DNA of 64,000 bases. Source: the human T2T-CHM13v2.0 reference genome, Homo sapiens. Position numbers and translations under genes: made by a program. Each line of letters starts with the position of its first letter. Positions within the stretch are counted from its first letter, which is position 1. Below the pieces are notes generated by a model. The model made no database searches, was not told the DNA's origin, and saw only the letters and a list, made by a program, of their open reading frames with translations. Positions 1 to 19,119 of the stretch are shown in pieces. The DNA lies in assembly GCF_009914755.1 (NCBI RefSeq), contig NC_060933.1. One strand, 5' to 3'.

Positions 1-1812
1 TAACCAGGCTAAATGCCCCATTTAAAAGTTACAGAGTGGCAAGCTGGATAAAAAAGCAAGAACCAATGCTGTGCTGTTTTCAAGAGACCCATCTCATGGG
101 TAATCACACTCATAGGCTCAAAATAAAGTGATGAAGGAAAATCTACCAAGCAAATGAAAAACAGGAAAAAAAGCAGGGGTTGCAATCCTAATTTCAGACA
201 AAACATATTTCAAACCAACAAAGATAAAAAAATGCAAAGAAGGACATTACCTAATGGTAAAGAGTTCAATTCAACAAGAAGACCTAATTACCCTAAATAT
301 ATATGTACCCAACACAGGAGTGCTCATAGTCATGAAGCTTGCACTTAGAGACTTACAAAGAGACATACGCTACCAAATAATAATAGTGGGAGACTTCAAC
401 ACTCCACTAAGTATCCAAAACAGTGTGGTACTGGTACAAAAACAGGCACATAGAACAATGGAACAGAATAGAGGGCCCAGAAATAAAGCTGCACATCTAC
501 AACTGTCCGATCTTCAACAAAGATGACAAAAAGAAGCCATGGGGAAAACACTCCCTATTCATTACATGTTCTGGGGTAACTGGCTAGCCATTTGTGAAAG
601 ATTAAAGCTAGACCCCTTCCTTATACCTTATGCAAAAATCAACTCAAGATGGATTAAAAACTTAAATGTAAAACCCAAACCTATGAAAACCCTAGAATAC
701 AACCTAGACAATAGCATCCTGCACATAGAAACAGGCAATGATTTCATGACAAAGGCCCCTAAATTAATCTCAGCAAAAGCAAAAATTGACAAGTGGGATC
801 TAATTAAACTTAAGAGATTCTTCACAGTAAAAGGACTTACCAACAGAATAAACAACCTACAGATTGGGAAAAAAATCTTTTTGCAAACTATGTATATGAC
901 AAAGGTTTAATATCCAGTATCTATAAGGAACTTAAAAAAATTTACAAGAGAAAACCAACCAACCCCATTAAAAGTGGACAGAGGACATGAACAGATGCTT
1001 CGCAAAAGAAGACATACATGTGGCCAAAAAGCATATGAAAAATATTTCAACATCACTGATAATTAGAAAAATGAAAAATCAAAACCACAATGAGATAACA
1101 CCTCACACTGGCAAGAATGGCTATTATTAAAAGTAAAAAAATAATAGATTCTGGCAAATCTGTAGAGAAGTGGGAACACTTATACACTACTGGTGCAAGT
1201 GTAAATAATTTCAACCCTTGTGTAATGTAGTATGGTGATTAGTGAAAGAGCTAAAAGCAAAATACCATTCAATCCAGCAATCTCATTTCTGGGTATATTT
1301 CCAGAGAAATAGAAATCATTCTATCATAAAGACACATGCACATGAATGTTTACTGTAGCACTGTTCACAATAGCAAAGACATGGAATCAACCTAAATGTC
1401 CATCAGTTATAGACTGGATAAAGAAAATATGGTACATATACATCATGGAATACCATGCAGCCATTAAAAAGCCACAATGTTGTCTTTTGCAGGAACACGG
1501 ATAGAATTGAAAGCTATCATCCTTAGCAAACTAATTCAGGAACAGAAAACCAAATGCCTCATGTTCTCACTTATAAGTGGGAGTGAAATGATAAGAAGTT
1601 ATGAACAGAAAGAAGGAAACAACAGATACTGTTGTCTACTTGAGGGTAGAGGGTGGGAGGAGGGAGGAGGAGCAGAAAGGATAACTACTGGGTACTGGGC
1701 TTAATACTGGGTGATGAAATAATATGTACAACAAACCCCCATGACACATGTTTACCTATGTGACAAATCTTCACATGTGCCCCCAAACCTAGGATGAAAG
1801 TTAAAAAAAAAA
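1..1812 (+). mobile_element. LINE-1 (older L1PA13-15-like) ORF2 + 3'UTR with large internal deletion
   Basis: Endonuclease motifs (QEDLITLNIYVPN, IIVGDFNTPL) jump at ~410 to the C-terminal ORF2 region ([25 protein letters not shown]); 3'UTR and A-tail end at ~1812. Confidence 0.92.
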
Positions 1813-1983
1813 GAATTTTTTTAATGAAGACAAATACTGAAAATTTAAATTAAATGAGTACTTTTAATTTCTAATTGGTAGTTGAGTTCACTGGAAGCAA
1901 ATGCTATGCAGAAAATAAAACCTAAATAACATAAGTGAGAGAAGCTTACTGCCTTTAATGTTCAAACATACTTTTAAATGAAT

Positions 1984-2620
1984 TGTCAATCAGCCTAGGC
2001 TAGGTTATGTTGCATTAAAAGCAATCTTGGCTGGGCATGATGACTCATGCCTGTAATACCAGGACTTTGGGAGGCTGAGGCGGGTGGATGACTTGAGGTC
2101 AGGAGTTTGAGACCAGCCTGGTCAACATGGTGAAATCCCATCTCTACTAAAAGTACAAAAATTAGCTGGGCATGGTGGCAGGCACCTGTAATCCCAGCTT
2201 CTCGGGAGGCTGAGGCAGGAGAGTCGCTTGAAACTGGGAGGTGGTGGTTGTAGTGACCCGACAATCCTGCCACTGCATTCCAGCCTGGGTGACAGAGTAA
2301 GACTTTGTCTCAAAAAAATAAATATTGAAAAAAAATAAAAAATATATACAAAAACATAATCTCAAACATTTCAGTAGTTTACAACATCAGATAATTATGT
2401 TACATTGCAAGTCAGCAGAAGAAGTCTCTCTAGAACAAAGCGCCCCTGCAGCAGAGAGATAAAGAGCAATAGTGGGACTACCAATGGCTCTGAGTTTCTG
2501 CTCAACAGCATCACCTATCTTGTCCACTCCCACTTCATGGTCAAAGCAAATTACATGATCAAGCCCAATATGAGATGTGTGGGTAAAAAATAATCTTGTG
2601 GGGGGTAAAGGGAGCAATTA
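1984..2620 (-). mobile_element. MLT1-type (MaLR) LTR remnant interrupted by Alu
   Basis: tgtcaatcagcctaggctaggttatgttgca and tggtcaaagcaaattacatgatcaagccc resemble the reverse complement of MLT1J/K/L termini. Confidence 0.55.
2029..2354 (+). mobile_element. Alu (S/J)
   Basis: Dimeric Alu consensus with A-rich linker and tail. Confidence 0.95.
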
Positions 2621-2679
2621 AATAACTGAAAATATCATGTCAGTCAACTACATATTAATTACAAAAACTTCATCACCCA

Positions 2680-3250
2680 ACTAGAAAAATATGCAAAGTA
2701 TGTAAATATGAGTTTCACAAAAGAGAGCATTCAAATGACCAAAATAATGTGAAAGGTGGTTCAAAATATAATAAGATATATTTTTTCAATTATCACTTTG
2801 TGAAAGTTTAAAGTGTTTAACCATAGTCAAATGTTGAGATATCATGGAAAGTCTTTATGATCTATTCATTGGAATGTTATCAGAAATAAATAATTTGTTG
2901 GGGGAGTTATTTTGGAAATTATTCTCGAAATATAAAATATAATTTGATCTAGTAATAGGACCTTGAAGAGTTAATAAAATAATTACAAAAATGTAAAGAG
3001 ATACATGAACTGTATTTTATTACTGTTTACTGTAGACAAAAATTAGAAATATAAAAAGTCTGTCAATGAGAGTCAGATTAAACAGTTTACACATAAAATG
3101 CAATCTTTACTATGTAGACATTTAAATTGAGAAAGAATTTATTTCTCTCCGCAATCTACCTATCTCCATATTATACTTTTGTATAATAAAACTTTTAAAC
3201 AGCACAGATGTCATGTGTTTATATGTGCGCCATTACATTTATTTTTTACT
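2680..3250 (+). mobile_element. Ancient L1M (L1ME-like) 3' fragment
   Basis: Degenerate tttcacaaaagagagcattcaaatgacc and tttgatctagtaat motifs of the L1 3' ORF2/UTR. Confidence 0.45.
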
Positions 3251-3499
3251 TACATTAATTTATCCAGAGGTATATTGCAAGGAATGTTGCCAACAAATCT
3301 AACTTGAATGTTTTTAAGATCCTGGTAATTTGAATAATTTGTTAGAGTATTTGTTTTAAAATAAACAAGTCCCATCTTTACTCTCTGAATAAAGTAATAT
3401 GTACGTTCTCTTTTTTAAAAAATTAGGCTCTTATAGAACATAGCATCAGCTCCAGTCACTACTTTCTTCAATGAACTGAGTTAGATGTACACTCAAGAA

Positions 3500-6200
3500 T
3501 ACGTGGCTGAGCTATCTATAATTGCCAGGGATATTAGCACCACTTTTGTAGGTCTCTTCCAGCCTCTGAAATTGGAGATAATTGTCAATGATTAGGTGGA
3601 GCACCTAAACCCGTGTTATGTTTATTAATATTTCATCATTAATTTATGGTGTTTCAAAGAATCAGACCATGTTTGTCTGATGTAGCTTTGATAATGCTGT
3701 TTTCCCATCTGATATGAAGCATTGGTCCTTCTTGGTGGGCAAATGATGCAAAAGGCCCACGGTCCAGATGGACTGCAAGGAAGAGTCCAAAAACTTTTGT
3801 TCAAGAGAGTTATCTTCTACAGTTCTAGCAAAGATGAAGAAATCACTGGTGCCTACCTTGGGGAGACTATTACAAATGCTCTTGTCATAATGTTAGCTTA
3901 CTATAATTGTCAACATCAAACTTTCAGATGCTAGACCTATTGTCGGTCTCAGTATTCTGAGAATTATCAAAAAGTCATTGACTGTTGCTATTGTTTATGG
4001 TTTTAAACAAGACGTTGGTGGTAAAATAAATAGGTCAAACTAATTTACACTCACAGCAACAATGTATAAGCATTTCTATTTCTCCACAACATTACCAGCA
4101 ACTGTTAGGACTTTTTAATAATAGCCATTCTCTCTGGTATTTGATGGTATCTCATTGTGGTTTTGATTTGCATTTCTCTGATGATCAGTGGTGTTGAGCT
4201 ATTTTTCATATGCTTGTTGGCCACATGTATGCCTTTTGTTTGAAAAGTGTCTGTTCATATTCTTTGCCCACTTTTTATGGGGTTGTTTGTTTCTTTTCTT
4301 GTAAATTTGTTTAAGTTCCTTGGAGACACTGAATATTAGACCTTTTGTGGATGCATAGTTTTGAAAAGTTTTCTCCCATTCTGTAGGTTGTCTGTTTATC
4401 TGTTGATAATTTCTTTTGCTGTGCAGACAGTGTTTAGTTTAATTAGATTCCATTTGTCAATTTTTGCTTTTGTTGCAATTGTTCAACCTAAAGACAGAAA
4501 TTCCATTCAGGTCAGTGATTCCATTACTGGGTATATACCCAAAGGAATATAAATCATTATATTATAAAGATACGTGAATATGTCTGTTCATTGCAGCAGT
4601 ATTCACAATAGCAAAGACATGGAATCAAACTAAATGTTCATCAGTAGTAGACTGTATAAAGAAAATATGGTAAATATACACCATGGAATACCATACAGCC
4701 ATAAAATACCAAGACCATTTCCTTTGAAAGGACATGGATGTAGCGGAAGGCCATTATCCTTAGCAAACTAACACAGGAACAGAAAACCAAATACTGCATG
4801 TTCTCATCATGTAGCTAAATGATGAGAACACATGGACACATAGAGGCGACCAACACACACTGGGACCTTTCAGAAGGTGGAGGGCAGGAGGAGAGAGAGG
4901 ATGAGGAAAAATAACTAATGGGTATTAGGCTTAATACCTGGGTGATAAAATAATCTGTACAACAAACCCTTGTGACACACATTTACCTATGTTACACATC
5001 TGCTCTTGCATCCCTGAACTTAAAATAAAAATAAAATGATTATATCATAAAAAATAGGTTCATCTTTAACTTAAAAAGTGTTGTTTTTTTTTTAATGTGT
5101 AAGTCCTCACTATTGAGTATTAATACTTTTGGTCAAATCTAAAGACTAACACTTAGTAAGAGAAGATTTTCACAGACAAAAGGTCTAACATTTTGTTTCT
5201 TATTTCAAGTCCAAGTATAAGAAAGACATCAATGAGAACAAGAGAATTAACTCTCATGTCTGTTCTACTTGTAAATATGCTGAATGTACTTTCTGTTCAA
5301 AACTCAGGTCAATATTGATACTGATTTTCTTTAAGATGAGGCTGACTCCTATACCTCCATCATCTGTTCCAGTTCAAACAAGGAAATGCTCATCTGTATT
5401 GTAGCCTTCTGAATCTTTGGAGAAAGCCCTTCCCTATGCAAAGCTAGACAAGTCACAGATGAGTGTCCCCATCCTGATGGATGATTATGCGTATAACCTG
5501 AATATTCACAAATTTTTACAGGACTTGTTCAATGTAGAAAATTTGACAGGAACATCTGCCCCTGTGAGGCTGTTGTCTGTGGTGCAGCTGTTCAGGCAGG
5601 AATCTCATCTGGGTACAAATCTGACAATGTTCAACATGTGCTGCTCTTGTATATCAGCAATTTTTCCATTGGTCTTGAACTCAAAATGGTTCATATTGAA
5701 CACAATATCAGCATGCCCAAAAAACAGACACAGGCCTTCACTGCTTACTCAGATAACCAGTTTAATATGCTCATTCTAGTTTGTGAAGGTAGATGTTCCA
5801 TAGCAACCTGCTTGGGAAGTTGTAACACACAGGCATACTACTGTATCCATGGTGAGTCTCAAATCAAAGTGACAAGGGCCGTTTGCTCAAAGATGACAAT
5901 GAGTGTTCAATTTAAGAGGCTAAGAAACACAAAGTTGAAATGAGAAGAAGAGACAAGGTGTTCTAAGAGTTCTGTTAAATCCCACAACTTGAACAGGAAA
6001 GCCATAGTTGAAGGTAAGACATAGCAACGCAGTGTCAAAGATGAGGACAAACATTCTTGACAAATGTAATGAAATCATGAACAAGTTTGTTGAGAATAAC
6101 ATTGCAAGGAAAGATAAATTTGGATATCAGCAAAAAGAGATGGAGAAAGTCTGCAACCTCAGCATTGTCAAGCTGTAGCAGAGTATAGAAACATACCAGA
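3500..6200 (+). pseudogene. HSPA8: Processed HSP70 pseudogene, HSPA8/Hsc70-derived, heavily decayed, split by an L1 insertion at 4036-5051
   Basis: Colinear, intronless translated blocks: VGLFQPLKLEIIVND (~3548), SDMKHWSF (~3708), AYLGETITNALV (~3850), DINENKR (~5225), EKALPYAKLDKSQ (5420), KQTQAFTAYSDNQ (~5720), DKGRL (~5871), DEDKHS/DKCNEI (~6040-6080), EKVCN...KL (~6145-6175). The DKSQ and ENKR residues favour HSPA8 over HSPA1A/HSPA2. Many stops and frameshifts; the symbol denotes the parent gene. Confidence 0.92.
4036..5051 (+). mobile_element. 5'-truncated, 5'-inverted L1 (L1PA13-like) inside the HSPA8 pseudogene
   Basis: Antisense ORF2 segment at 4037-~4480, then sense 3' end with A-tail; TSD aaataggt at 4028-4035 and 5052-5059. 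Confidence 0.9.
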
Positions 6201-8289
6201 AATACTAAAACAATAATGACAACACAACAGAAAACAGCAAAAGAAAACTAACATATACAACAATTCACATTTAACAATCATAGTTCAAACTGTAAGTCAT
6301 GATTGCTAAATTAAAAAAAAAATCACCACTTTCCAAACGTACAGGGAATTGGTTAACATGGCTATTTGCTGTTACCTGTTTATAAGTTCCACAGTGAAAA
6401 ATAAAGAACATATAGAGGAAGAAGACACAAACAAAAATAAATCAAGAAAAGGAGTAAAAAGATCGTTTAAATAATTACCATAATTTCTATTTTTCTATTA
6501 GTAATTTCCCCTTTTTAAACTCAACTTAGCTAATTGGTACCAAAAAAATAAAGTGAGTATTTATTATCTTTTTAATGTGGCATTTAGCTTACTAGATTTT
6601 CTTATTTCCCAGTACTAGTTTTTTTGATAAATAAATTAAATATAAGATATCATAAATTTAAAAACACAGAATATACTTACATGCATTTATCTCGTTTCTG
6701 GGTATGTTAATTCTGGGCATATTAGAAAACCAGGAACTGGGAAAATATGAAAATCAAATACTTGGCACTGGATACACACAATCTATCTGAAAATGGAATT
6801 TTAATTTGTTGTATTTTGAGATGTAAAATTTATCTCCTTTGTTGCCTTTGTCAGAAGGATTAATAAATAATGGTTTAATGGTAAGAAGGTTTTAGCAGTA
6901 AAGAAATTATGAGCTCTCTGTAGCTGAACTACAGCCAGACTATTTCTTATCCATTTTGGGTACTCATATTGGTTTCATCTGCTCTAAGTACAAAAACAGA
7001 AGATTTATATGCACTGTTTTATTTACATATAACTCAAATATATGTTTATAAGCATATTTTAATTGGACAGAAACTGTACTACTAAAAGAGAATGTATATC
7101 AACACTATATATACTAGATATCAATTTAACACAAAGCATCAAAATAGATTAAAAGTTACTTTTTACCATATATCGAAAAGTTTTGTTCCACATATTAACC
7201 TAGATACAATTTTTCTTGAAAAACTCAAGTTGCATTTAAGTAGATAATCATAAGTTAGAAAGATTAAAGGGAGAGGAAGACCAATTAGTTAAAAAAGATA
7301 TATTAGTGAAAAATAAATATAAGGTAGAGTAAAATATAAAAAACACAGACATCTGTAATGTTAAGATTTAAGATTAAAGGAGGTTACCCTTGGCCATTTA
7401 ATAATGATCCATTCCATGAAACAAGAAGTCATGACAGAAATATCAATATTAATAGCTAAAATTTATTGAGTAGTTAAAACTTTCAGGCAGTATGCTCTCC
7501 ATTCTATAGTTTTTATGTCATTTCTCTCACACACACACACTCATGAGAGAGCACTATGGTGTTTTTCTATGTTGCATATATAAATCATAATCCTCACACT
7601 TAAGGGACTCTCCCCTATTTTCTTGCCAAGCTTGAACTCCGGGAATTTTTCATGAGGCTGAGGATTTTACATTCTTGCTGATGCACACAGTCATTACTAC
7701 CCAGGTCTGGTCATCTGCCTTTTGCACTGTCAAGAACCAGAAAAACAGTTCCTGTTGCTCCAATTGGTTCCTCATAGATAATCCGTTTTTTCTTTTTTTC
7801 CATCTTTGTGAGGAATATCCACATTTCTTTCTCTCCTACAGCTTTTCTCTGTCCCACAAAATAGTTTGTTTTCTTTTCTTTCTTCATAGTAGGTGGTCAT
7901 GGCCTGTGTGCAGTGGGAAGATATTAGCATCCAACAATTTAGGGAGCAAAGAGAGGTTTGGTGTTCATTTAAAAACAAAAATGAAGATCTCTTCCAAAAG
8001 GAAAATAAATAAATAATATAATGAAAACAAAAAAGAAAACCTCTCAAACAATGCAATGTTCACGTAGTTATCACACACAATCCGTGTTAGTTTGACACCA
8101 GAGCCAGAGTTCTTAATCACAGCAAACTGGATCTGGTATACATGTGTGTTACACCACAGACATAGAAAATAGACTCTCTAGATTCAGTTACCAGCTTTAC
8201 CACATGCTTGCTCTATGGCTCTGCAAAAATTACTATGTCTCGACTTTCTTGTAAAAGGTTGATAATTATTTATAGTTATTTATTTGTTT

Positions 8290-8907
<618 letters not shown>

Positions 8908-8909
8908 GA

Positions 8910-9550
8910 TAATTACTTTATTAATAGTACTTGTCTTCTTGGTTTGTTGTAATTATTAAATGAGATGATATATATTAAAACCATGCAGCAGGACCTGGTA
9001 CAAAGTCAGTGCTCTAAAAATGTTAATCTGTTGTTCTGGGGACAATGTACATTTGCCCTGATTCTGTGCCTTCCCTCTTTCATGCTGATTTTGACCACTC
9101 ACCTACCCTGACTTAAACGTCTGTGTTTGTCAGACTTTGCTTTGGGTAGGCAACACCAGAGAGTAGAGGCAGTACAGGTTTTGGAGAGCATTTGAAATCT
9201 GTGATTTTGGATGAGATGCTTACTCATTCATCATTACATTCTTCATCGGTCAAACTGAAAATTAGAATACTTAATAGTGTCTCTGTTGAGAATAATTGAG
9301 CCAAAAGAGTTAAGAACTTAGTTTTCAATACTATTACTACTACTGTTGCTAGTTATATTAACAATACAATAGCAACAGCAGCTACAATTTGGTGAGCACT
9401 ATATATGTTCCATATCTTTTTGAGTAATTTTATAAAAACATTTTATTTTATCCTACAATTGATTTGGGAGGTTATTAATATTGACATTTTAAAATAAAAT
9501 TGCTGAGCCTCAAAGAGTTGTTCTGATGTTTAAGTGACCTGTCCTAAGGA
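8910..9550. mobile_element. MIR fragments
   Basis: gttgtaattattaaatgagatgatatat and ttcttcatcggtcaaactgaaaatt are MIR core-like. Confidence 0.5.
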
Positions 9551-9555
9551 CTACT

Positions 9556-10755
9556 TACCAGGATACAAAATCAACATGCAAAAAATCAGTAGGGTTTCTA
9601 AACATTAACAATGTATTATCTGAAAAAGAAATTAAGTAGACAATCTCCCTTTACAACAGCATCAAAAATAACAAAACATTTAGAAATAAAGTTTACCAAG
9701 AGTTGAAAAATCAGTATATTAAAAACTATAAGATATAGGTGAAAGAAATTGGAAAAAAGATATTAGCAAATGAAATGATATCCCATATTCTTGAATTGGA
9801 AGAATTAATACAGTTAAAACATTCATACCATCCAAAATGATCTACAGATTAAGCGCAACTCTATCAAAATTCCAACATTTTTCACTGAAAGGGGGAAAAA
9901 TGATTCTAAAATTATTGCAGCACCACATAAGATCCTGAATAGCCAAAGCAATCTTAATAAAAAAAATTTAAAAATTAAAAAGCTGGAGTCACCACATTCC
10001 CTGATTTCAAACTATATTGCAAAGTTATAGTAATCAAAAAAGTATGCTATTAGCATAAAAACAGATATATAGACTAATGGAACAGAATAGAGAGCCAACA
10101 CAAATCTGGTCAATTCATCTGTGACAATTCATCTGTGTATTCCCCAAAATACACAATGGGGAGAAAATAGTCTCTTAAATAAATGCTGAAGGGAAAACTG
10201 GATATCCACAAGCAAAAGAATGAAATTGGACCTTAATTTACATAATACTGACAATGATTTTTTGGACATGACTCCAAAAGCATAGGCAATAAAAGCCAAA
10301 ATAGACAAGTAGGACTACATCGAACAAAATCTTCTCCACAGTAAAGGAAATAATCAATAAAATGAAAATGCAAATTACAGAATGGTGGAAAATGTTTGCA
10401 AATCATAGATGTGATAATAAAGGGTTAATGTCTAAAATATATAAGTAACTCATACAAGTCAAGGAATAACCCAGTTTAAAAATGAGCAAAGTACCTGAAT
10501 AGACATTTCTTCAAAGAAACCATACAAATGGCCCACAGGTATATGAAAAGATGTTTAACATAACTAATCAGGAAAACACAAGTCAAAGCTACAATGAGCT
10601 GTCAGCTCATAACTGTTAGTGTGACGAATGTCAAAAAATACGAGAGATAATAAGTGTTGAACTAACTTGTGGAGAAAAGGGAACCCTTGTACACTGCTAA
10701 TAGGAAGGTACATTGGTATATCCGATATGAAAAACAATATCAATTTTCCTCAAAC
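9556..10755 (+). mobile_element. Old L1 (L1MA/MB) ORF2 fragment
   Basis: caggatacaaaatcaacatgcaaaaaatcagtag...ggaacagaatagagagcc...gagaaaagggaacccttgtacactg. Confidence 0.85.
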
Positions 10756-13700
10756 AAAATATATTTTCAAAATCTACTTAGTTCTACTCAGATTTGTGCA
10801 ATGCTGATTTTTGCATGTTATATTCCATTTTATAATTTGATTAGATGTTTAACTTTCCTGTTTATAAACACAGCTATGTCTGTCCCCATACTAATGTTAA
10901 CTTCATTTCATTTCAACCTGTTTTACCAATCACATGAAGGGGGGTGATGATTTAACAAAGGTCCACAAGAATTGTTGATATTATCACAGATGATGAATAC
11001 CATTCAAATGAGGGTGAATGAGCTTGCTCTTTCCAAGAAATGCAGTCTTTTATTATTTAAAATATTATTTTTAAGTAAATTTTCATTTATTATTTATTTG
11101 AGTGAGGATTCTGGGCAATGACAGCTGTTGCTTATATAGACCTTATAATAAAGGAATTCTCACACATCTCCCTTAACTGAAAGGGTTGGAATTTTTAATC
11201 CATGCACCCTGTAAAACTAATGCTTGTATGAAAAATGTGATTTAATTCTGGCAATGTTAATGCCTAGTGCAGGAGTATGTGTAGTTTATTTGAGCTGCAA
11301 TCTCAAAAAGGCCCTAGGTGACCATGAGTGTGAACACATTCAAGACAAATTACCAATTTTTCAAACTGCTATATCCAGAAGGGCCAGATAAACAGGAAGT
11401 AATAAGTGTTTTCTTCACAAAGAAATTACTTAATTCATTAAGTCAGGAAGTACTAGAAAGACTGGGGAACCAGAAGCTTGAGGTCTATTAAACATTAAGT
11501 TTCTGAATAAATCACTTATCAGCTCTATGTTTCAAAGAACTAGGGTTGGTTTTATTTGACACTCCAATTGCCCATGGGTGCTTGGTGAGAATGAATGAGA
11601 TAGGATGAAAGACTGGTTTTGAATTTCTTGAAATAAATGTCCCATACATATTTTAGGAACTATTTCGAGAGATGGATTTCAGAAACTAGGATCTTAAATT
11701 GTTGGCTTTGTGACGTGCTGCAGCATAATGTCTTGGATTCTTCCCTTTGCCTTGGGGCAGCATTGCCCAATATTTTTTCAGGCTGTGACATAGTTATGAA
11801 CTTCTGGGGGCACATTGTAAAAACAAATAGAACTTCTCAGTTACAGCTGCTTTGTCATTAAGGGAAATGGTATTTATAGACCCTCTACTACGTAAGAGCA
11901 ATCACGTAAAAGTTGTTACATATATAATTACATTTAATATTTTCAACAATTCTATGGCATTATTTTGGAACAAATCAGAGAATATTTTTATAATCAAGCT
12001 GAATTTCACCTTTCCAATTATGTTATATTTATAAAAATATATTGTTTTATAATTGGCTATCAAGGCTAAGTATACTTTGTTGGCTATCACAGTAATTCCT
12101 AAGTGTTTTCTCCCTTCACCCCTCAATGACTCATTTGTGTTCCCTGTCAAAGAGGCCAGTCTTCCCAGATTGAAAAATGTTCTTTAGTCAATATTTGTTT
12201 ACAGTAAAGAATTGGCTAGAACTTCCAAACAAGGTCTCAAGGTCCATTTCTAAGAAACATATTAAATTTTGGTTTTCATATTTCCCAAACTTCTGGTTAT
12301 CCCGAAGCTATTCTGTGCTTCAAATTAAATTATATATGTAAATTTGCATGATAACATTTAAAATATGATACAAGTATAACACCATGAACCGTCTTATGAT
12401 CACAAATAACAGAGGGAAAGTGAGTTAGGGAGGAAACAAAACAACAAAATATGAGTGAAAGAGCAAAATTGTACATATTAATACATATGTAGATAAAGGA
12501 GTATTGCTTAGCAAATCTGACCACAGTTTTACAGTCAAGGTCATCAGTCAGCCTAGCTCTGTTATTTACAGAATCAAGGTCATAGACTTGAGCAACTTTA
12601 CATGCTACTAAACTTGCTGTTCACAGACAAATCCAAAATGACCTGCTGATGAATTAATATTCATGAAAGCTGAGGAAGTCACAGTTTTTCATAGTTTGTT
12701 TTAACATCATTAGAGTTTACATTCCCATTCCAAACTTGCAAATAATAAGCAAGTAATATGGGACATCAAGAAAGCTTTAAGTTGTACATCAGAAGATCTC
12801 CTATATTTTAAAAGCTGATTAGGTTTTGGTCAGATGGTTGCTCACTGCTCTTTGCTTGATAAAACTAGCTACAGTCTATACAAAGCCTTAATAGGCATAT
12901 TCTCTGTTTTAGTGATTACCAATTTATTTTTAAAAAATAATGTTTATTGAACAGCCACAGCATGAACATGACATTTATTAAATAATTATTATGTTCAATG
13001 TGCTATCCTAGCAAGGTAGAAAACAGGTGGTGTTGAATAATCATTACCCAATCTAGGACTTAGTTGGTCAGGGGTATTGTGCTTAGTCACTACTAAGCAT
13101 AATCCTTATAACACTTTCCTGAAGCAGGTGTTAGTGTTTCACCTTACAGATGAGGGAACTATAGTACCAAGATTTATGTGTCTTGCCTAAGAACTGCGTA
13201 TATTTAATGTGTACAATTTGATTAGTTTGGACATGTGCAAACACCTGTGATACCATCACCATAATCAAGGTAATACATACTGAACAGCTCCCAAAGTTTT
13301 GCATCTGTTTCAAAATTTTTACTTAGTATGTTTTTTGTGTGGTAAGAACATTTATCATGAGGTCTACTTGCCTAACACATTTTGATGTATACAATACAGT
13401 ATTGTTAACTATAGGCATTATATTGTACATTATATCTCTAGAACTTATTCATCTAGCATGTATGAAACTTATTATCAATTGAAGAATGGCTTCTCATCCT
13501 TCCCGTCCCCCAGGACTCAAAACCAGTATGGTATTCTCTGTCTCAACAACATTGACTACTACAGATGCTTCACATAAGAGGAATCAAGCAGTATCTGTCA
13601 TTCTGTGACTGGTCTATTTTATTCAGCCCTGTCTTACATTATAACAAAATCAACTCAAAATGGATTAAACACTCAAATGTAAGACCTGAAACTGTAAAAT

Positions 13701-14541
13701 TCCTGGTGAAAACATGAAGGAAAATCATCTTGCATTGGCCATGGCAATGATTCCTTGCCTATGACAGCAAAAGCACAGGCAACAAAAAAAAAAAAATAAA
13801 CAAGAGGAACTACATCACACTAAAACACATCTCTACAGCAAGAGAAACAATCAACAGAATGAAAAGACGACCTACTGAATGACAGAAAATATTTGCGAGC
13901 CATTTATATGATAATAATTTAGTTTCAAAAATATATATGGAACTCCTATGACTTAATTGAAAAAGCAAACAAACAAGGAAACAAGTAACATGGGCAAACG
14001 ACTTGAACAGGGATTTTACCAAAGAAAACTTACAAAACATACAAATGGTATATGAAGAGACGCTCAACATAACTAATCATCAGGGAAATGCAAATCAAAA
14101 TCACAATGAGACATCACCTCACACCTGTTAGAATGCCTATTATAAAAACAAAAACAAAAAATTAACAAACAAATCAAAATAAAAGAAAAAATAGCATATG
14201 CTGGCAAGGATGCGGAGAAATTGGAATCGGTGTACACTGTTGCTGGGAAAGGAAAATGGTGCACCTGCTATAGAAAACATTACGGAACTTTCTCAAAAAA
14301 TTAAAATTAGAACAATTTTATGATCTAGCAATCCCACTTCTTAGTATATATGCAAAAGAATTAAAATCAGGGCCCTAAAGTGATATCTGCATTCTCATAT
14401 TTATTGCGGCATTATTTAACAGCAAAAATTGGGATATAACCTAAGTGTCTGTCTACAGATGATTACATCAAGAAAAAAGTGATGTATACATGTGATGAAA
14501 TATTACTGAGCCTTCAAAAAGAAGGAACCCCTGACATTTTC

Positions 14542-19035
<4,494 letters not shown>

Positions 19036-19119
19036 AGGAACCCCTGACATTTTCAAAAACATGGATAAACTTGCCATTTGTTTAACTTGAATAGTTAAAG
19101 CTTGGTTTTTCTTCATACT

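Noticed and set aside
5417-5943. ORFs as a functional HSP70
   Set aside because: Frameshifted fragments of a decayed retrocopy.
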